Below are positions 1-11,690 of a stretch of DNA of 64,000 nt, one piece after another. Both the position numbers and the translations under genes were made by a program. The notes under the pieces were generated by a model. The model ran no database searches. It had not been told where the DNA came from and saw only the letters and a program-made list of their open reading frames with translations. Positions within the stretch are counted from its first letter, which is position 1, and every line of letters begins with the position of its first letter. Source of the DNA: an uncultured bacterium (GTDB lineage: Bacteria; Verrucomicrobiota; Verrucomicrobiia; Limisphaerales; UBA8199); contig CAVVMW010000023.1 of assembly GCA_963749495.1 (NCBI GenBank), forward strand, positions 256,001-320,000. The letters run 5' to 3'.

Positions 1-223
1 GTTTCCTGGCGAACTCACCTCGGGCAGTTGGCTTGAGTGCAACGGCCCTGAGGACTGCACCCTCTACGGCTCCAAGGGAGAGGTCCTCGGCAAGGTCTCC
101 CCCTCAGGCAGGCTGCCGCCCCTTCGCGCGGGACAGAACCAGGCGCAATTCTCTTGCGCGTCCAGGAACGGGCCGTCCCCGCGTGTAAAAGTGACGCTGT
201 TCACCCGTGGAGAGGCGCTCTAA
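1..223 (+). CDS. 3' end of a CDS entering the window (hypothetical)
   Basis: Frame open from base 2 (FPGELTSGSWLECNGPEDC...RVKVTLFTRGEAL) to TAA at 221-223. Confidence 0.6.
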   Translation, partial: FPGELTSGSWLECNGPEDCTLYGSKGEVLGKVSPSGRLPPLRAGQNQAQFSCASRNGPSPRVKVTLFTRGEAL

Positions 224-449
224 CCACAGCCGAGACACGGTGGGGGGGCACCCATAGCTTGGTTGGTTTTCACGACGTGACGAACTATGCTAATGGCCGA
301 CCTCTTCTTCGTGCGAACAACGCCGGGGCAGCACCTGGGTGAGAAACCCCCTAATGTGCAGCAATGCTGCCGCGTTAGGTGGGAATTGGCCCCACAAGGC
401 AGTCCAACTAACCTTGCTTAGCACTTATGAACCAACAAAGTAACGATTC

Positions 450-3400
450 TCATTGTTGGGCAGCAAGGCCCGATGCTCGAACGAACCGACCCGCTGATTG
501 GAGTTCCTCGTGCAGCCCCGGTTCGACGCGCCGGAGTATGTCCAAGACCACCTCCCGCACTTCCGGGAAGAGCCGCTCCAGGATGCCCACATCCCTCGTC
601 TCGAGTAACTCCTTTGCTCTCAGGAACGGCTCCAGCAACTTCAAAACCGCGTCCGTCTGCACTCCCCTTGCTACTGAGCGGGCAAGCCCAGGAAATGCTC
701 GCGGGCTGGTCTCCAACACCTGCCGGAGGAAATTGCCGACCTTGTTTCCAAGCCACTCGGAACTTCCCCAAGACTCCATTTGGAAGGTGCAGTTGAACAA
801 ACCCTCACAGATTTGGCTCTCGCCGCGGCGGAGGCAGGTTAACGCCACGGCGTGAAGAAAACCGCAGGTTTGGGACGCCGCATCAGCCGGAATTTGAATT
901 TCCCCGAGTGCCGAAGGCAGGGCTTCCAACAACGGTCCAAGTCGCCCCAGGCATCCGAGCGTGATCTGGCGCTTTGTCTTCAAACTCCAGTCGCCAGGCT
1001 CGATTTTCAACCCGGCGTCGAAATCCGCCAACGCTTCGCTGTGCCGTCCGGCCAGGAGGAGCAGGTCCCCATGCGTGCCGTGGTAAGCCACCGGGCCGGC
1101 GCCTCCTTGTCTGGCATTCTCGGTGGACGCGAGGGCCTCATCGCTCCGCTCCAGCGCGGCAAGGATCCATGCCTTTGCGAGCCAGAAATCCGGATTGTCA
1201 GGCTCGGCAGCCAGCGCCTTTTCGACGGCCAAGAGGCTGTCTTCGAACCGCCCTAACTTTTCGAGAACCCCGGCCTCCAAGGCGAGGAGGTCGGGTCCTT
1301 CTTCCCCGGCCTTCCGTGCCTTGCGATACGCGTCCAAGGCAGTGTTAAATCGCCCCAGGCTCTCGGCGGCCATGCCAAGGTTTTGCCATGCCAGAGCGTC
1401 GTTTTCGTCAAGCACCAAGGCACGCTCCGCGCACTCAAGCGCCTCCTGGTCTCGGCCGAGGGCAAGGCAAACCTGGCACTGGCGGACCAGCAACTCAACG
1501 GACGGCTTGCCGGTCGCCACCGCTTTGCGGAGGGCCTCCAGCGCGCGGTTGAGGTTTCCAAGGATGCTTGCCGCGACACCGAGCCATTCCCAAGCCGAGG
1601 CACTGCCTGGGTCGAGCGCCACGGCCTGCTCAGCGAGCTTCAGAGCCTCCTGGGTCCGACCTAACTCCCCGAAAGCCACCGCCTGCCCAACACACAGTTC
1701 AGCCGTCGCTCCGCCGAGTTCCGAGGCTTTCCCCAAAGCCTGCAGCGCACGTTCAAAGTTGCGGCACGCACCGGCTACCATGCCAAGCCGTTCCCAAGCC
1801 AAATGGCTCTTGTCGTCAAGTGCAACGGCACGCTCCGCGCATTCGAGCGCCTCCGCTGTTCGACCCAAATGCTGAAGGACGAGGGATTGGTACCTCCACA
1901 GGTCAGCGCTTGGCCCGCTGATTCGTGTTGCATTCCTGAATGCTTCCAGGGCGTCCTCGTCCTTGCCCGCCCTCCCCAGTGCGATGCCCAGTTGCTCCCA
2001 CGGCAAAGGGCTTGTGGGGTTTAGTGCCATGGCCTCATGAGCGCATTTGAGCGCCTCCTCCGTTCTCCCGAGGTTAAGCAGAACACCGGTCTGCTCGTTC
2101 CAGAGGTCGGCGGTCGGTTTGCCCAGTTCTACCGCCTTCCGGAGGGCGTCGAGAGCGCGCTCGTGCTGCCGGAGATCGTTGGCTACGGCGCCGAGCTCCT
2201 CCCAAGCGGCAGCGCAATTTGGTTCCAGTCTCGTGGCCTCCTCCGCGCACGTGAGCGCCTCTGCTGATTGGCCAAGCGCTCTGAGGGCCACGGACTGGTT
2301 TGTGAGGAGGTTCGCGGTTGGCTCCCCTAACTCCACAGCTTTGCGAAATGCTTTCAGGGCTGTAGTGTTGTCCCCAAGCCAGCCCGAGGCGACCCCGAAC
2401 TCCTGCCAGGCGGACGCACTGTTCGCGTCCGTTGCCACCCCGGCCTCGGCGCACTTAAGGGCCTCCTCGGTCCGACCAAGATTCCGAAGTTCGATAGACT
2501 GGTACCTCCACAGGTCCGCAGTTGGCCCGGTCGCTTGCGCAGCCTTCCTGAAGGCATCCAGGGCACTAGTGTGGTTACCAACTCCGTCGAGAGCAATCCC
2601 AAGTTCTTGCCAAGGCAGGGGGCTGTTGGGATCCAGTTCTGTTGCCCGGTCGGCGCAGAGGCGCGACTCCTCTGCCCTGCCGAGGTTCAGGAGTACGATC
2701 GCCTGTGCGGTCCAGAGCTCGGGGCTCGGTTTGCCCAATTCCGCCGCTTTGCGCAGCGCGGCGAGCGCGCGCTCGTGTTGGCCAAGACCATTGGCAGCGG
2801 CACCGACCTCTGCCCAGGCCCTCGCACTGCCCACATCCAGCACTGCTGCTCGCTCGGCGCACTCCAGCGCCTCTTCCTTCCGGCCAAGCGCACGGAGAGC
2901 GACGCACTGAGAGGCCAGCAGGTCGGCGCTTGCGTCGCTCACCTCAACGGCCTTGCGGAACGCTTCCAGAGGCTCGTGCATGGTTGCCAACGCCACCGGA
3001 AACAACCCCAAGTGCCTCCCAGGCCCGCGCGCTCTCGATGTCCAGAGCCACCGCTCGCTCGGCGCACCCAAGCGCCTCTTCTCTCCGACCCAGCTCTTGA
3101 AGCGCCATGCACTGACCGGCCAGGAGGTCGGCCGTCGGCCCGCCAACCTCAACGGCCTTGCGCAAAGCCTCGAGGGCCCGCTCGAATTTTCCCACCTTTG
3201 CGGCGACGACCCCAAGCCACTCCCAGCCGGAGGCATCCGTTGAGTCCAGTGCCGCGGCATCTTCCGCACATTTGAGGGCCTCGTCAGTCCTATTCAGCTT
3301 TCCAAGGACCAACGAGCGAGCTATGAGCAGAGCCGGGGCCGGTGGGCCGAGCTTGGCCATTTCACTGAATGCGTCAAGAGCCCGCTGGTAGTCTCCCAGA

Positions 3401-5055
3401 TTTCCGGCTGCCATTCCCAGCGCCAGCCAGCCTTCCGCGAAGGCCGGGGCGCCTCGCAGGAGATCTTCGGCCGCCGCGACAGCGTCCTGCTCGGCGCCAA
3501 CATTGATCAGGGTGTGCACGTCGTGTAAAGCAGCGTGGTACCGTCCGGTTTGCACGTGAATTGTCGCTTGGACTTTGGATGCTGCCGCGATTCCTACTTC
3601 GTCACCTCTCCGAAGCGACTCCGCGGCGAAGTACTGCGCTTCTTCCTCCGCCCAACGCAGTTCGCCGATTTTGAGCAGCCCGTCCATACGATTGGAGAAT
3701 GCTCCGTATCGGATGTCATCCCCGCCCGCAGCTTGAAAATAGAAGAGCTCTTCGACATGCTTCACGACCTCTTCGCGCGGCAGGCCCGCAATCCCAAGCA
3801 GGCATTTTTCGTGGCTCGAATAAAGGGAACGGATTTCTTCTGGCGTGAAGTAAAGCTTGAGAAAATCGGCGAGAAACCGAAACCTCTGTCGTCCGGCGAC
3901 GGTCGCCGTTTGGCGCCAGATTCGGAAGAGCCTTTCGGAAATGTCGTACCGGGTGGCCTTCTGGGGCTTGAGTTTGATTGGCCGGACGTACTGGCCGGAT
4001 TTGAGCCGTTTCAACTGGGCGTTCACCAGCGCCGGCTCCAACCTGGCAGCATGAGCAATCTCCGTTGGGGTCGCCGGCCCCTCCATTTGCGCAATAGTGT
4101 CGAGGACCTTGCGCGCCTGGGAGGGTAACTCATCGAAGCGGCGCACAAAATACTCGCGCAATTCTTCCAGGAGGTTGCGCAACGCCGTCTCGATGTCCAG
4201 GAAGGCGGAGTGGGCAGCGATTTCGTAAAGGAAAAGAACCAGGCGGGGATTCCCGCCGGTGAGCAACTCGATGGCGGGAAGTTTCCGCGATAACTCCTGG
4301 CGGCGGCTCTCGAACTCTGCTCGCCGTCCGTCTTCCTCAAAGCAGCGGCCGACCAACTCAAGCACCTGCTCGTGGGTAAGCTCCGGCAAAATGCGGATCT
4401 CGAAAAAGTCGTGGAAGGCCGCGTTTTGACCCAGGATTTCGCGAAAGACGCTGGGAGCGGAGGCCAGAATGACGAGCACGCGGTTGTGCGAGAGGAAGCT
4501 GCGCAACTTCAGGTGTTCGGCTTGCGGCCACTGCTGAAGAACCTTCTGGAGATTGTTGATGAGAACAAGGACGTACCGCTTCCCGTCGTTGTGGAAGGCC
4601 TGCAGCCGTTCGAAGCAGCAATCAATGACGCTCTGGTCCGGTTCTTGCGGCAGATTGGGCGGGAGTTGCCACGACCGCTCGGCCGGGAGCGCTTCACGGA
4701 GCTTGCCAAAGAGGGCGAGGAGAAAGTTGGCCAATGAGTTTTGGCCCGCGTATTCCTCCTCAGTGAACAGAGCGCACTCCCACTCTCTGGACGGGGCACT
4801 CCAGTCCTGCGGCGGCGGCAGACGCCCGGCAACATAGAGGGCGATCAACGCTAGGATGTGTGTCTTGCCAATGCCTCGCGGCCCAACCAGGAGGGCATGG
4901 TTTGCGGGGCTGCCAGCTTCGATTCGGCGGAAAGATCGCAGGAAGTCCCTTATGAGGTCGTGATGGCCAACGAGGGTTCGCGACAAATGCTCCGCGTCCG
5001 CAAGCCACGGGGAGAAACGGGGGTGAAAGCCCATCGAATTACGGCTTGGAGCCAT
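450..5055 (-). CDS. STAND-like P-loop ATPase + winged HTH + long TPR array (~1,530 aa), split by one frameshift near 2970
   Basis: ATG 5055 with GGAGGAG RBS; Walker A LVGPRGIGKT; LTGGNPRL motif; wHTH-like TPTEIAHAARL...VNAQLKRL; TPRs continue from ORF 2944-5136 (GVGNHARA) into ORF 450-3269 (LEAFRKAVEV). Confidence 0.85.
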
Positions 5056-6232
5056 GATATCTCCTCCACCAATCCTGCATCCAGCGGGTTTTGAATCGCA
5101 CCCGCGCGCCTTCGACCTCCTCCACGTAGAAGTCATCCGCCAACCAGGTCAGGAGAAGATCGAACCCGGATGCATCGGCGGGGGCTTCCGATTCCTTGTG
5201 GTAAAGGCCAAGCAGGACAGAGCGGCGGAGCGGTTTCTTAGCGATGGCCAATTCGCGCAAGATGATTCTGGCGACTCGCGCCTCCGCGGGCGAGTAGTAA
5301 CGCTGCAATCGCTCGTGATAATCCTCGAAACAGTTGCGAAACTCGGGACCAAGAGCCCTCTGCTCGTAGCACTCCTGCACCATCCTCGGATTGGGCGGCT
5401 CTTTCCGCCGGCGGGCCTCGTTGGCGACCACCGAAGCCATGATTTGGATGAAGATAGGGAGAAACGTGGCAGTCTGGTCCAGGAACGCTTCTATCGTTGG
5501 CTCATCCAACACCACGTCGCGTGCCCCCAACAGAAGAGAAGCCAACTCCTGCGCCTTGGGTCGCTCAAGTGGTCCGACTTCGACGGGTCTGAGGTCGTTG
5601 ATCTTGGCCGAAGCGCCGATCATGGAGGCTATCCGGGGCAAACCGATGGAGCCGCCTACGAGCTGCCGGACCTGGCGGAACAAATCCGGAGCCTGACGGA
5701 GATGCCGAAGCCAGTCGAGGAGATCCTGCGCCAACCTCTTCCCGTCCTGGCCGGGGTTTGCAACTAACTTGTGGAGGAGTATCGCCAGCTCATCAATGGC
5801 AATCAGTAGTTTCTTGCCGGGCCTCAGGGCGTCCCGCACCACTGTCTCCCCTTGCACCCGCCAAGAGCCTTTGAGCTGTTCCCGTAGCTTGACCTTAAGT
5901 TCCCAAACCTCAAGTTGTTCGATGCTCCCCACCACCTTGGAGAGCAGTCGTTGGAGGATGCCCTTGCTGTCGTTTCGCAGCCTGGAGGCCTTGATCGCCA
6001 GATCGGCCACCAGGTCTTCGGGAGAATCGTAGTCCTGACCGTTGATCCACAAGACCTCGAAGCCCTCCATCGGCTCGTCGATAAGCTTCTGAATCAAACT
6101 GGACTTGCCCACCCGTCGAGGGGCTGCCAACAGCACCGAGTGACTATCCAGAGTCTGCCACAAAGTCCGAATAGTTTCTTCTCTGTCGAAGAACTCCTCA
6201 CCGGAAACCGGCGGACCGATTGTAATGTTCAT
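5039..6232 (-). CDS. AAA/STAND (archaeal-ATPase-like) ATP-binding protein
   Basis: Walker A APRRVGKSS, Walker B LLIAIDE, GGSIGL sensor-like motif; 3' end overlaps the start of the downstream TPR gene. Confidence 0.85.
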   Translation of the reverse strand: MNITIGPPVSGEEFFDREETIRTLWQTLDSHSVLLAAPRRVGKSSLIQKLIDEPMEGFEVLWINGQDYDSPEDLVADLAIKASRLRNDSKGILQRLLSKVVGSIEQLEVWELKVKLREQLKGSWRVQGETVVRDALRPGKKLLIAIDELAILLHKLVANPGQDGKRLAQDLLDWLRHLRQAPDLFRQVRQLVGGSIGLPRIASMIGASAKINDLRPVEVGPLERPKAQELASLLLGARDVVLDEPTIEAFLDQTATFLPIFIQIMASVVANEARRRKEPPNPRMVQECYEQRALGPEFRNCFEDYHERLQRYYSPAEARVARIILRELAIAKKPLRRSVLLGLYHKESEAPADASGFDLLLTWLADDFYVEEVEGARVRFKTRWMQDWWRRYHGSKP

Positions 6233-6240
6233 AACGGTTT

Positions 6241-6302
6241 TGTTACATAACAATAGTGTTACGTAATAAGTACAGTTTGCACCATCTTGGCCCCCATGTC
6301 AA
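6241..6302 (-). promoter_or_regulatory. sigma70-like promoter plus palindromic operator candidates for the ATPase operon
   Basis: TTGACA(6302-6297)-17 nt-CAAACT(6279-6274); palindromes TGTTA-CA-TAACA 6241-6252 and TGTTA-CG-TAATA 6257-6268. Confidence 0.55.
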
Positions 6303-6437
6303 CCACAACCGGGCTCTATGCGTCACCAACATACCTGCGCCAGAATAGCTCCGTGGCGCGGTTGGCTGAGCCGTGGAAACCGAAGCGGTCGGTGAATCGC
6401 CGCGAATGGTGTTGACGCCCTGTCGTGCCCGAGCATT

Positions 6438-7629
6438 ATGGCTGGCATGAACGCGTACCGAAACCCACCCCTTCCACCGCGCGTCCGGTCCGATGTGCGG
6501 GGTAAGCCTTTCTTTGCCTCAGCTTTGCGGCCAGTGATCTGCTGCCTTGTGCTCTCACTTTGCGCAGGCGGCCCAAGCCGCGCCTCTGGCGGAGACGCCC
6601 CTCAGGTTGTGCCGGCCCCTGTGGCCGCAAGCGCATCTCCGGAAACCAAGGCCTTGCTGCAACTGCTCTATCGCATTTCCGGGAAGCACACTCTCACCGG
6701 CCAGCACAATTTCCCCAACACGAAGGACACCTTCACTCAGCGTACGGCCCAGGTCTGCGGCAAAGTGTCGGCCGTCTTCGGCCAGGACTTCGGCTTTGCC
6801 GCCCCGGGCAACCAGGACGCGGCAACCGCCCGGCCGGACATTATCGCTGAAATCAAGCGGCAGCACGAGAAAGGCTCGATCATCACGCTCTGCTGGCACG
6901 CGGTGCGGCCCACAGATGACGAACCGGTGACCTTCCGGGGCAGCGTGCAGGGCAAGCTCACCGACCAGCAATGGAACGACCTGCTCACGCCCGGCACGGA
7001 ACTCCACAAACGGTGGTGCGCCCAAGTCGATGTCATCGCGGGATACCTCAAAGAGCTTCAGGCGGCGCGCATCCCGGTGCTCTGGCGCCCGTATCATGAA
7101 ATGAACGGCGACTGGTTCTGGTGGGGCGGCCGGGGCGGGACCAACGGCACCGTGGCCCTCTACCGCCAATTGTTCGAGCGGTTCCAAAACCACCATCGGC
7201 TCAACAACCTCCTCTGGGTCTGGAGCGTGGATCGGCCCACCGCTCCGCAACGGCAGTTCGCCGACTATTTCCCGGGCACCAACTACTTCGATGTGGCCTC
7301 GCTCGATGTCTATCGAAGCGACTTCAACCCGGCCTATTATCAGGACCTGCTCAAGATCGCGGCAGGCAGGCCGATCGCGCTGGCCGAGGTTCGGGCCGGC
7401 GCCCACGTTGGCCGTGCTGGAGCAGCAACCCGGGTGGACCTGGTGGATGACCTGGGCGGGCATGGTTGGGGGCAGATGGGGTGGCGCCACCAATGCACTC
7501 CAGGCGCTGGTGAACGCGCCTCGCTCGCTGAGCCTGGATGATCCCGCGTATCGCGCCGCGATTGCTCCAATCCGCGCAGCCTCGGGTCTGTCGGAGGCCG
7601 GCCCAGCGAGCAGTGAAATCAAGCGATGA
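6438..7629 (+). CDS. Glycoside hydrolase family 26 (beta-mannanase-like), frameshift near 7390
   Basis: RPYHEMNGDWFWWG acid/base motif and ALAE nucleophile; C-terminus (GPAPTLAVLEQQPGWTWWMTW) in another frame ending 7629. Confidence 0.85.
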
Positions 7630-7739
7630 AAAGAGGGCAGAAGGTATGCTCTGGCTATGACACATGCCGACGCGATGCTCCACCGGTTCAGGGGCTGCGC
7701 GGCACATTGACTAATTTCCTCAACCCCCCAAATTGGCGC

Positions 7740-8966
7740 ATGAAGAACCTGAATTTGCGAGCGGCGCTGGTGGCCAGCCTATGGGCGCTGGCGGGAGCCG
7801 GTTGCCTTTACGGACAGGATTGGCCGCAGTGGCGCGGGCCGAACCGGGACGGAAAAGCGGCTGGATTTGTGGCGCCCGACAAGTGGCCCGAAAAGCTGAC
7901 CCAGAAATGGAGCGTTCCGGTTGGGGTGGGCGACTCGACGCCGGCGCTAGTCGGCGACAGATTGTATGTCTTTGGCCGGCAGGATGCCGAGGAAGTCATC
8001 CAGTGCCTGGACGTTGGCAGCGGCAAACAGATCTGGGAGAACCGCTACCCGGCTCAGCACGTGGTCACCGGACCACCCGCCCGGCACCCCGGGACCCGGA
8101 GTTCGCCGGTCGTGGCGGACGGCAAGGTCTGCGCCTTGGGAGTCGGCGGCATTCTCTCCTGTCTGGACGCAAGCACCGGCAAGCTGCTGTGGCGCAAACA
8201 ATCCCCGGACGATTTCCTGGGCACTCCCTGCCGCTTCGATGCTGCCATGTCGCCGATCGTCGCGGACGGCCGGTGCATCGTCCATATCGGCGCCAAAACC
8301 AACGGCGCTATCGTGGCCTTCGACCTGCCGACTGGTGAGCCGAAGTGGAAATGGACGGGTGACGGCCCGGCATTTTCGTCGCCAATCACCATGGTGGTCC
8401 AGGGCAGCGAGCAACTGGTGACCCTCACAGCCAAATTCGTGGTGGGCCTGGATCTGGCTGCGGGCAAGTTACTCTGGCAGGTGCCATTCGAGGCCGTGCA
8501 GGGGAACCTCACGACGCCCGTCATCGATGGCCAGACGGTCATCTATACCGGCCAGGGCAAAGGGATGTCCGCCCTCAAAATAGAGAGGCGGGGCGAGGGT
8601 TTCGCCGCCACGCCCCTCTGGACCAACAGCCAACTCGGGGCGCGATTCACCACGCCGGTTTTGAAAGACGGCCTGCTTTTCGGTTACAATAACCATTTCT
8701 TCTGCGCCAGCGCCCAAAACGGCGCCACGCTGTGGACTGACACAGTCAACCGGGGCAACAGCGCGGCCCTGGTGGACGCCGGGTCGGTCATCCTGGCCAC
8801 CACCGTCAACTCGGAACTGACCGCCTTGCGTCCCAGCCAAAGGGAATATGTTGAGCTCGCGAAGTTCAAGGTGGCCGGCACGGAAGTCTGGGCCCACCCG
8901 GTCCTGGCCGGCAATCGGATCTATGTGCGGGACCGGGAGACCGTGACGCTCTGGGTAACGGAGTGA
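7740..8966 (+). CDS. PQQ-binding-like beta-propeller repeat protein (BamB-like), secreted
   Basis: Signal peptide, DWPQWRGPNRDG N-terminal motif, repeated CLD..TGKxLW blades. Confidence 0.9.
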   Translation: MKNLNLRAALVASLWALAGAGCLYGQDWPQWRGPNRDGKAAGFVAPDKWPEKLTQKWSVPVGVGDSTPALVGDRLYVFGRQDAEEVIQCLDVGSGKQIWENRYPAQHVVTGPPARHPGTRSSPVVADGKVCALGVGGILSCLDASTGKLLWRKQSPDDFLGTPCRFDAAMSPIVADGRCIVHIGAKTNGAIVAFDLPTGEPKWKWTGDGPAFSSPITMVVQGSEQLVTLTAKFVVGLDLAAGKLLWQVPFEAVQGNLTTPVIDGQTVIYTGQGKGMSALKIERRGEGFAATPLWTNSQLGARFTTPVLKDGLLFGYNNHFFCASAQNGATLWTDTVNRGNSAALVDAGSVILATTVNSELTALRPSQREYVELAKFKVAGTEVWAHPVLAGNRIYVRDRETVTLWVTE

Positions 8967-8994
8967 ACTGAGCACGGAAGCTCACGGAGACTTT

Positions 8995-9705
8995 ATGATT
9001 ACAGTTCGTTCGTTCCTGGTTCTCGGCCTGGCACTCGTTCTTGGCCTCGCCATTTTTGGCTTTCAGATTGGTCGTGCGGTGAAAACCGGACGTGAATTTG
9101 ACCGCTATCTTGAAGTCAAAGGCCTGTCCGAACGCGAGGTAAAGGCGACCCTGGTCATCTGGCCGATCCGATTTTCTGTCTCCGCCGAGGAATTGGGCGC
9201 ATTGAAGACGGCGATGGAAACCAACCGCGCTCTGGTCCTCTCCTTTCTGGAAGAGAGGGGTGTAGATTCCAAGGAGATTACGCAGGGCTTGCCCGTAGTG
9301 AGCGACCGGGAGGATGAGAGGATTCAGGCTAATCGGCCTTCCCTTGCCCGATACCGTGGCGTGGTCACTTTGGTCGTGAGAAGCTCGAATGTGGACGTGG
9401 TGAAAAAGGCGATTCAGGGTGCGGATGCGCTGCTCGAAAAGGGCGTAACACTGGCCGGCAACGAGTCCGGGGATCGGATTGAGTTTATTTTTAACGCCGT
9501 GAACGACATTAAGCCTGATATGATCAAGGAAGCCACGGCTAATGCCAGGGCTGCGGCTGAGAAATTCGCCCAAGACTCAAAGAGCAAAGTGGGGCGCATT
9601 CGTAAAGCGACCCAGGGTGCCCTGGAAATTGGGGACCGGGACGCGGCTTCTCCCGAGAGGAAAGTCCTCCGCGTGGTCACCACGGTCGATTTCTTCCTGG
9701 AATGA
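8995..9705 (+). CDS. SIMPL (DUF541) domain protein
   Basis: N-terminal TM, VKGLSEREVKA, IKPDMIKEATANARAAAEKFAQDS, C-terminal RVVTTVDFFLE. Confidence 0.85.
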   Translation: MITVRSFLVLGLALVLGLAIFGFQIGRAVKTGREFDRYLEVKGLSEREVKATLVIWPIRFSVSAEELGALKTAMETNRALVLSFLEERGVDSKEITQGLPVVSDREDERIQANRPSLARYRGVVTLVVRSSNVDVVKKAIQGADALLEKGVTLAGNESGDRIEFIFNAVNDIKPDMIKEATANARAAAEKFAQDSKSKVGRIRKATQGALEIGDRDAASPERKVLRVVTTVDFFLE

Positions 9706-9766
9706 GGCTGCCCAACCGCTCGCTGGGCGGGACGGGTGCCAACCGTTTCACTCAGCAAACGAAATG

Positions 9767-10186
9767 TCACGCCCAAGCCAATATGACAGCGCCGCTCACG
9801 ATGAGCGCCCCTCCGAGGTAATGGTGCCAGTTCAGTTTTTCGCCAAGCACCATTGCCGCCAGCGCGATGGCGAACACCACGCTCAGCTTGTCCACGGGCG
9901 CTACGCGGGATGCCTGGCCCAGTTGGAGGGCGCGGAAGTAACAGAGCCAAGAGAGTCCGGTGGCCATGCCGGAGAGGGCTAGAAAGGCCAGCGTTCGTTG
10001 CGACAACTGGCGCAAAGAAGCCGCCGGGTTCGTCGCCAGCGCGATGGCCCACGTGAACGCAAGAACCACGGTGGTGCGCACCGCCGTCGCCAGATTGGAA
10101 TCCACCCCGGACACGCCGACCTTGGCAAGGATGGCGGTGATTCCGGCGAAAAAGGCTGATAGCAAAGCCCAAAGAAACCAGTTCAT
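9767..10186 (-). CDS. EamA-family small transporter
   Basis: MNWFLWALLSAFFAGITAILAKVG...ALQLGQASRVAPVDKLSVV; multiple TM helices. Confidence 0.9.
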   Translation of the reverse strand: MNWFLWALLSAFFAGITAILAKVGVSGVDSNLATAVRTTVVLAFTWAIALATNPAASLRQLSQRTLAFLALSGMATGLSWLCYFRALQLGQASRVAPVDKLSVVFAIALAAMVLGEKLNWHHYLGGALIVSGAVILAWA

Positions 10187-10399
10187 GCTGCCAAGCCTGC
10201 CTAAACAAGCTTGTTGAGTCAAATCGGCGCCGGCCAGTGGAAAAGCGCAACGGTTTTACTGTGCCCGGCTTGTCTGGTGAGCCCGAACACAACGCGCTCG
10301 GCCGTTCGCAATGGTCTTGAATACTTACTCCAGCCGGTTTTCGGAGCTTGCGGTCTGAGCGGTTGCCCCTCACCTTCGGGGCGAATCCGCAACATTCCA

Positions 10400-10611
10400 T
10401 GAAATCCAAAATGCTCAGCAACCGCAGGATAGTGGCCGGGCCGCTGCACCAAAACGACAAGACCGGGAGCGTCTGGGGAGAAGTTGGGGCAGCGGCCATG
10501 ACCGGTCCGCTCGATCCAGGCGTCAGTGAGGGCGAACTGGACAGCGCCCGGCGGTTGGGCGAGCGCGTAGCGCGGCTGGCCCAGAAGCTGAAGCCGCCGC
10601 GCCCCTCTTAA
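10400..10611 (+). pseudogene. C-terminal remnant of a WrbA/flavodoxin-like oxidoreductase
   Basis: MLSNRRIVAG...GVSEGELDSARRLGERVARLAQKL resembles a WrbA C-terminus; no N-terminal FMN-binding loop upstream. Confidence 0.4.
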
Positions 10612-10664
10612 TTAATTCCCATTTTCCTCTCGGCGGACGAAGCCAAAGCGTCCCGATGGATCGC

Positions 10665-10752
10665 TGTCCCGGAGGGACACATGAGAATAGCCCAATGCTT
10701 TAGCATTGGGTTGGCGTGCCCCAAAACGGTCCAGTCCCGAAGGGACGGCTGA
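10665..10752. repeat. Single REP-like unit, family A
   Basis: gtcccggagggac...aatagcccaatgctttagcattggg...gtcccgaagggacggctga; same motifs at 18.2, 34.1, 60.1 and 63.7 kb. Confidence 0.8.
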
Positions 10753-10855
10753 GCGGCCCGACAAACAGCCTCCACATCCCAAGTGACAGAAGTCCGGCCT
10801 CCCGGAAATCTGTCAGGAAAACGGCCCGGTCGCCCCGCGCTTGGCTTGGTCCACC

Positions 10856-11060
10856 CAGGGCTGTTGACAAAGTCGCTCGGCGCGCCTGTGCGCCAGGGGC
10901 GCCAGCGTAGCGCAGACTTCCAAGTCTGCTGTATCGCGGGTTTCCAAACCCGCAGGCTGTCCGCAAACCGAGGGCGCTCGACATGCCGACGCCCTGCCGA
11001 TTGGAAATCGGCGATACAGCAGGTTTGGAAACCTGCGCTACGGCTTTGTCAACACCCCTG
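10856..11060. mobile_element. ISAs1-end MITE (family B, 205 bp) carrying a GTAG-REP doublet
   Basis: IRs cagggctgttgacaaagtc / ggctttgtcaacacccctg; 10-bp TSD ttggtccacc / ttggtccgcc; left IR nearly identical to the IS end at 54309. Confidence 0.85.
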
Positions 11061-11141
11061 TTGGTCCGCCCCCGCCAATTCCCGTTCTTGCTACTTGGGT
11101 TTCTGCGGTTACATTAGGTGAAGCAAATCTGCCCAGAACCA

Positions 11142-11690
11142 ATGGCGCGATTCGTCAATTACCAGAAACGCGGCGTCGAACTGCCTCCCGGGTGCAAGGA
11201 CCTCATCGACGTTCTGAAGGGGAAGTGGAAGGCCAAAGCCGACAACGTGTTCGCGGGCAAGTGGGAGGCAGTGCCCAAACCTGACCTCTTTCCCAGCGGC
11301 GGCATTGGGCAAATCGAGCGCTACGTGACGCGAATTTTGGTGTCGCCGGCCAAGTTCGCGGCGTTGATCATGTCGTCTCTCGACAAACAGGTCGTGACGG
11401 GGCTGTATCGGCATCCCTGCGCAGACACCTTTGACGTGGTGTTGTTTGTGCGGCGGAACGACGAGGCGCTGGAGCAGGCCATTCGGGGGTTTTTCAAGGA
11501 GCGTGGGATCGACCACACGCTGGATTACCTTTGCAGCGGCGGGGTGGAGCCCAACTACATGCGAGCACTGAAATATCCGCTGCCGTCCGACGCGAAGCAG
11601 ACCGCCGGACTTCTGGCCGATTTGCTCAAAGGCGTGTTCGCCCTGGATGCGGAGGCGGGACTCGCGTTCGCCTATCATGAAACCTTCTAA
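11142..11690 (+). CDS. Hypothetical protein
   Basis: Clean ORF starting MARFVNYQKRGVELPPGCKDLIDVLK; alternative GTG start at 11118. Confidence 0.7.
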   Translation: MARFVNYQKRGVELPPGCKDLIDVLKGKWKAKADNVFAGKWEAVPKPDLFPSGGIGQIERYVTRILVSPAKFAALIMSSLDKQVVTGLYRHPCADTFDVVLFVRRNDEALEQAIRGFFKERGIDHTLDYLCSGGVEPNYMRALKYPLPSDAKQTAGLLADLLKGVFALDAEAGLAFAYHETF

